From Candidatus Multivoradales bacterium (lineage in GTDB: Bacteria > Acidobacteriota > Thermoanaerobaculia > Multivoradales > JAHEKO01), in contig CBDCXM010000003.1 in the NCBI GenBank assembly GCA_965223855.1, positions 1 through 64,000 of the forward strand: a DNA stretch of 64,000 nucleotides. The letters run 5' to 3'. Below are positions 59,554 through 64,000 of the stretch, one piece after another. Positions within the stretch are counted from its first letter, which is position 1. The number at the start of each line of letters is the position of its first letter. Below the pieces are notes generated by a model that made no database searches, was not told where the DNA came from, and saw only the letters and a list, made by a program, of their open reading frames with translations. The position numbers were made by a program, and so were the translations under genes.

Positions 59554-60495
59554 ATGCCGCCGATCACCCTGCTGGGGCCGCAACGCGACCGCCCATCGGT
59601 CACCGCCGTCGTTCGCCCGCTCGACGCCCCGGTAGGCCTGATCACCGCCGGCTGGAAAGAGAACGAGAACGACCGGCCTCCACGTGGCCTCGGCAGCAAG
59701 GGGACGAACCTGTCGATCTACGCGCGCTCGGAAAGAGTCTTCGATCTCGATCCTGAGCTCGCGGACGCCCATCGGGAGCGGCAGCTGGTGCTCAAGAGGC
59801 TGCAGCGCCTCTACCGCGTGCGGCTCGACCATGCGCTCGACGCGTGGCGCGAACTCGACGCGCTGGCCGAGGAGCACTCCTCTCCCCTCGCCGCCGGCGA
59901 AGCGGACGCGGCAATGGAAGCCGTCCGCCGGCTCGATCGGCACCATCTCGAGCGGGTAACCGAGGTGCATGCCGAGTTCGCGGCGACGTGGCGACCGGCG
60001 GAGCGCGAAGCGGTCGCGCACCAGCGGCGCGCGATCGAAAGCGAGCTGACGGAGTGCGACGCGGTCGTGATCGCCGGCGGTCACGTCGCGCTGCTGCTCA
60101 ACCGGATGCGACTGTTCGACCTGGTGCCGCTGCTCGCCGGCAAGACGCTCGTCGCCTGGTCGGCGGGGGCGATGGTCGCCGGCTCCCACATCGTCCTCTT
60201 CCACGACCATCCTCCGTGGGGCGCGGGCAACGCCGAGCTGCTCGATCGCGGCCTCGGCCTGTTCCGGGGAGTCCTGCCGCTGCCCGACGCCGGCCGCCGG
60301 CTGAGAAGCTCGGACCCGCGGCGGGTGAAGCTACTGACCCGACGCTTCGCGCCGCTCACGTGTGTCGGTCTCGATCGCGGTTCGAAGCTCGAGGGCCGGG
60401 ACGGGCGCTGGCGAGCGAGCGACGCCCTCCACCTCACCCCCGACGGCGCGACTTCGAGGATCGGCCGCCCGGAGTGGGAGGTGCTCGAAGCGTGA
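59554..60495 (+). CDS. Peptidase E/cyanophycinase-like (S51, class I GATase fold) protein
   Basis: LITAGW, VIAGGHV, VAWSAGAM, GLGL. Confidence 0.75.
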   Translation: MPPITLLGPQRDRPSVTAVVRPLDAPVGLITAGWKENENDRPPRGLGSKGTNLSIYARSERVFDLDPELADAHRERQLVLKRLQRLYRVRLDHALDAWRELDALAEEHSSPLAAGEADAAMEAVRRLDRHHLERVTEVHAEFAATWRPAEREAVAHQRRAIESELTECDAVVIAGGHVALLLNRMRLFDLVPLLAGKTLVAWSAGAMVAGSHIVLFHDHPPWGAGNAELLDRGLGLFRGVLPLPDAGRRLRSSDPRRVKLLTRRFAPLTCVGLDRGSKLEGRDGRWRASDALHLTPDGATSRIGRPEWEVLEA

Positions 60496-61646
60496 CGCCG
60501 GAGACCGCAAAGCTCGACCTTCGGGCGCTCAGGGCCAACCCGCCGACCACCTCGGAGGAGGTCGACGCACTGCTCGCCGGGCACGACTTCCCCCACGTGC
60601 GCGGCACCCGTGCGACGTTCGCCTACCGCGGCGCGGCGGAGTCGGTCCGGCTGCGGCACTGGATCTACGGCCTCCCGGCCTCGCAGCGCTTCGAGCGCCT
60701 CGGCGAGAGCGACCTCTGGCTGCTGACGATCGACGTCCCCCTGCACTCACGGGTCGAGTACAAGATCGAGGTGAGGCGCGACGGCCGCAAAAGGCTGCTC
60801 CGCGATCCTCTCAACCAGCATCTGGCCCACGACCCCTTCGGCGCCAACTCCGTCCTCCAGGGCGACGGCTACGAGCGCCCCGATTGGGTCGAGCCTGCGC
60901 CCGGCGTTCGCGGCGGCTCGACCTTCGAGCTGGAGTTCGCGAGCGAGACCTACGGCGAGTCGCGGACGGTCGAGGTCTACCTTCCCGCCAGCCGGCGGCG
61001 GCGCCGCCGCTACCCGCTCCTGATTGTCCACGACGGGCGCGACTACCTGCGCTTCGCCGCGCTCCAGACGGTGCTCGACAACCTGATCGACGCGCTCGAG
61101 ATCCCGCCGCTCATCGCCGTCTTCACCGACTCTCCCGACCGACTGAACGAGTACGCGGCCGACGAACGCCAGGACGCCTTCCTGGTCGACGAGCTTCTGC
61201 CGCGCCTCGAGCGGGAGCTCCCGGTGATCGCCGAGCCCGCTCAGCGCGGGCTGATGGGCGCGAGCTTCGGCGCCGTCGCCACGCTCTCGGCCGCCTACCG
61301 CCGCCCCGGCGTGTTCGGCCGGCTGTTGCTGCAGTCGGGCTCCTTCGCCTTCTCCGATCTCTTCGAACAGCACGAGCGTGGAGAGGCGTTCGATCCGGTG
61401 GTGCGCTTCGTCAACGCCTTCCGCGACGAGCCGCGCAAGCCGGCGGAGCGGATCTTCGTGTCGTGCGGCGTCTACGAGTCGCTGATCTACGAGAACCGCT
61501 CGCTGGTGCCGGTGCTGCAGCAGGTCGGCGCCGAGGTGCGCTACGTCGAGGCGCGCGACGGCCACAACTGGGAGAACTGGCGCGACCGGCTGCGCGAGGG
61601 GCTGTCGTGGCTCTTCCCGGGGCCGCTGTGGATGTACTACGAGTAG
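60492..61646 (+). CDS. Fes-like alpha/beta esterase with N-terminal Ig/CBM48-like domain
   Basis: RVEYKI...DPLN, VYLP, VHDG, GASFG nucleophile, DGHNW; GTGA overlap. Confidence 0.88.
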   Translation: MTPETAKLDLRALRANPPTTSEEVDALLAGHDFPHVRGTRATFAYRGAAESVRLRHWIYGLPASQRFERLGESDLWLLTIDVPLHSRVEYKIEVRRDGRKRLLRDPLNQHLAHDPFGANSVLQGDGYERPDWVEPAPGVRGGSTFELEFASETYGESRTVEVYLPASRRRRRRYPLLIVHDGRDYLRFAALQTVLDNLIDALEIPPLIAVFTDSPDRLNEYAADERQDAFLVDELLPRLERELPVIAEPAQRGLMGASFGAVATLSAAYRRPGVFGRLLLQSGSFAFSDLFEQHERGEAFDPVVRFVNAFRDEPRKPAERIFVSCGVYESLIYENRSLVPVLQQVGAEVRYVEARDGHNWENWRDRLREGLSWLFPGPLWMYYE

Positions 61647-61719
61647 CCTGAACTTCCTACCAACTTCCTGCTGAGGCTATGCTTGCCGCTCCTCACGGGT
61701 ACGAAGAAAGGTAGCGGGA

Positions 61720-62958
61720 ATGATTCGGAAGATCGGGTTGTCGCTGGGCGCCGACGTCTGCTGGCCGCTGTGCTACGAGGAGCTCATCCGGCAGCTCGAT
61801 CTCGCGCTGCCGATCGGCGACGATGTCGTCAGTTTCGCCGTCGAGCGGGTGATGATCGAGCCGTTCCGCCTCCAGGGACCCTGTCCCTACGACGTGGTGC
61901 TCGACCGGCTCACCCACTGGTACTACCCGAGTCGGGAGTGGATCAAGAAGGCGGTCGTCATGGACGACCTCTACGTCTTCAACAACCCGTGGTCGATCCA
62001 GTCGATGGAGAAACAGACCACCTACTGCGCGATGATGCGCCTCGGTCTGCCGGTGCCCGACACCTGGATGGTGCCCCCCAAGTCGTACGAGCCGAAAGCC
62101 GATCTCGAGCCGACGCTCAGGCGCTACGCCAGGCTGTTCGACCTCGGCGAGGTCGGCGAGCGTCTCGGCTATCCGCTCTTCATGAAGCCCTACGACGGCG
62201 GCGCCTGGGTCGGCGTGCAGAAGATCGACGACGAGGAACAGCTGCGCGCCACCTACGAGGAGAGCGAGACCAAGCTCATGCACCTGCAGGCGGCGGTCGA
62301 GCCGTTCGACCTCTTTGTCCGCGCCCTCGGGATCGGCCCCCAGGTCCGGCTGATGCGCTACGACGCCGGGGCGCCGCTCCACGCCCGCTACGAAGTCGCG
62401 CGCGATTTCGTGGAGCCGGACGAGGCGCGTCTGCTCGAGGACATCGCGCTCACCATCAACACCTTCTTCGGCTGGGACTTCAACTCGTGCGAGACGATGC
62501 GCTCGAACGGCACCTTCCACCCGATCGACTTCGCCAACGCCTGCCCCGACTCGCAGGTGACGAGCCTTCACTACCACTTCCCGTGGCTGATCGGCGCCCT
62601 CTTGCGCTGGAGTCTCTTCTGCGCCGCCACCGACCGGCCGATGCGCAAGACGCTGTCGTGGGAGCCCTACTACGAAGTGGCGGACCGGGGTCTGCCCTAC
62701 CGTGAGCGCCTCGCCGCCTACGGCGCGATCGCCCGCGAGCGACTCGAAGCCGACCGTTTCGAGGAGTTCTGCGCGACCCATCTCGGCCGACTCGACGAGG
62801 TGCTGACCGACTTCTTCGCCACCGACTTCGCGAAGGACGCCGTGCGCCAGAAGGTCGAGGTGCTCTTCCCCGAGCACGAGCATGACGAGTTCACCGACTA
62901 CTTCTGGGAGCGGATCCAGCAGTGGCGGGCCGAGGAAGGAGCGGGAGCCGCATCATGA
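61720..62958 (+). CDS. ATP-grasp (RimK-like) protein
   Basis: VVLDRLTHW, NNP..MEK, GYPLFMKPYDGGAW, FNSCE, IDFANACPD. Confidence 0.88.
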   Translation: MIRKIGLSLGADVCWPLCYEELIRQLDLALPIGDDVVSFAVERVMIEPFRLQGPCPYDVVLDRLTHWYYPSREWIKKAVVMDDLYVFNNPWSIQSMEKQTTYCAMMRLGLPVPDTWMVPPKSYEPKADLEPTLRRYARLFDLGEVGERLGYPLFMKPYDGGAWVGVQKIDDEEQLRATYEESETKLMHLQAAVEPFDLFVRALGIGPQVRLMRYDAGAPLHARYEVARDFVEPDEARLLEDIALTINTFFGWDFNSCETMRSNGTFHPIDFANACPDSQVTSLHYHFPWLIGALLRWSLFCAATDRPMRKTLSWEPYYEVADRGLPYRERLAAYGAIARERLEADRFEEFCATHLGRLDEVLTDFFATDFAKDAVRQKVEVLFPEHEHDEFTDYFWERIQQWRAEEGAGAAS

Positions 62959-63683
62959 AACTGCGCACCGACTGGTACTCGCAGCACCTCCAGCAGACCC
63001 TGGCGATCGTGCGCTGGGGTCACTCCGGCACCCCGGTGCTGCTGTTTCCCACCGCCGGTGGCGACGCCGAGGAGTGTGAGCGCTTCCTGATGATTCAGGT
63101 GCTCTCGCCGCTGCTGGAAGCGGGCCGGATCAAGATCTACTCGTGCGACAGCATCGCCGGCCGCGCCTGGACCTCGCGCGAGGGGACGGGAGCCCACCGC
63201 GCCCGGGTGCAGACCCGCTGGGACCGCTTCATCGCCGACGAGCTCGCCGGCGCGATCCGCAAGGACTGCAACAGCCCGGAGATGGAGATCGTCACCGCCG
63301 GAGCGTCGATCGGCGCGTTCGCCGCGGTCTCGACGCTCTGCCGCCATCCCCACATCTTCAAGACCGCGATCGGGCTCTCCGGCACCTACGACCTCTCCCG
63401 CTGGCTCGACGGCGAGTGGAGCGACGACTTCTACTTCGCCTCACCCCTCCACTACCTTCCCGGCCTCGACGGCGGCCCGCAGCTCGAGAAGCTCCGTGAG
63501 CGCTTCGTGCTGCTGGCGACCGGCGAGGGGCAGTGGGAGGCGCCGGAGGAGAGCTGGCGGATGGCCGGCGTGCTGGGCGACAAGGGAGTCCCCAACCGGG
63601 TCGACGCCTGGGGCCCGGACTACGACCACAACTGGCCGACGTGGCGCGAGATGCTGCCCAAGTACCTCGCCGAGCTCACCTGA
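62955..63683 (+). CDS. Alpha/beta-hydrolase esterase
   Basis: WGHSGTPVLLFPT, GASIG, LSGTYD, DHNWPTWREMLP; ATGA overlap. Confidence 0.9.
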   Translation: MKLRTDWYSQHLQQTLAIVRWGHSGTPVLLFPTAGGDAEECERFLMIQVLSPLLEAGRIKIYSCDSIAGRAWTSREGTGAHRARVQTRWDRFIADELAGAIRKDCNSPEMEIVTAGASIGAFAAVSTLCRHPHIFKTAIGLSGTYDLSRWLDGEWSDDFYFASPLHYLPGLDGGPQLEKLRERFVLLATGEGQWEAPEESWRMAGVLGDKGVPNRVDAWGPDYDHNWPTWREMLPKYLAELT

Positions 63684-64000
63684 GTCGGCTGTAGAGGTCG
63701 AGGTAGAGCGGCCCCTGCCGCTCCCAGGAGAAGTCCTGCGCCATGCCGCGAGCGACGAGCTCGCGCCAGCCGGCCGGATCGGCCCAGGAGTCGAGGGCGT
63801 AGTCGATCGCCCAGCGCAGCCCCTCGGCGTCGAAGCTGTCGAAGACGAAGCCGGTGCCGGTGTTGCGGGAGCGGTCGTAGAGCTCCACCGAATCCGCGAG
63901 ACCGCCGGTCTTGCGCACCACCGGCACGGTTCCGTAGCGCAGCGAGTACATCTGCGTCAGCCCGCACGGCTCGAATCGTGACGGCACGAGGAAAAGGTCG
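63676..64000 (-). CDS. glgA: Glycogen synthase, 3' end (partial)
   Basis: PSRFEPCGLTQMYSLRYGT...TGGLAD, GMAQDFSW. Confidence 0.93.
   Translation of the reverse strand, partial: DLFLVPSRFEPCGLTQMYSLRYGTVPVVRKTGGLADSVELYDRSRNTGTGFVFDSFDAEGLRWAIDYALDSWADPAGWRELVARGMAQDFSWERQGPLYLDLYSRLR

Noticed and set aside
58249-60210. Mutually overlapping extensions of the ATP-grasp and S51-like ORFs
   Set aside because: Each extension is the antisense of the other gene; the real starts are 59523 (-) and 59554 (+).

Overview
High-GC bacterial DNA. The gene families present (TPR-CHAT/ECF module, wHTH-TPR regulator, CRTAC1, PQQ-propeller, Thr-type sulfatases) suggest Acidobacteriota; this is an inference. 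Four parts: (1) 1-11180 is the right end of a decayed genomic island ending in a 3' fragment of tRNA-Ala(GGC) (attR). It holds excisionase-like genes, a possible toxin-tip/immunity pair, a complete IS3, a truncated IS110 and an ECF sigma/anti-sigma/secreted protein/TPR-CHAT module. (2) 11.3-37.7 kb carries a membrane multiheme cytochrome plus CRTAC1, a broken tryptophanase-family gene, and a tightly coupled ~18 kb minus-strand operon narK-narC-narGHJI-actA-actB-actC-actDE-actF-narK::DoxX. In this operon a whole Alternative Complex III sits inside a cytoplasmic nitrate reductase operon with no terminal oxidase. It is flanked by ric, pdxH and an orphan BoxB-like diiron protein with a GNAT. (3) 38-49 kb encodes a polysaccharide deacetylase (partly duplicated), two Thr-type sulfatase-fold proteins, a PQQ-propeller, an S9 peptidase and its divergent wHTH-TPR regulator. 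(4) 49-64 kb is a glycogen cluster (glgX, malQ, glgP, GH13, glgC, glgA) interrupted by five genes of unknown function: two ATP-grasp proteins, two esterases and a peptidase-E/cyanophycinase-like protein. The best candidates for an undescribed system are the Nar-ACIII operon and the glycogen-linked ATP-grasp/esterase module. All calls come from motifs read by eye; no database searches were run.
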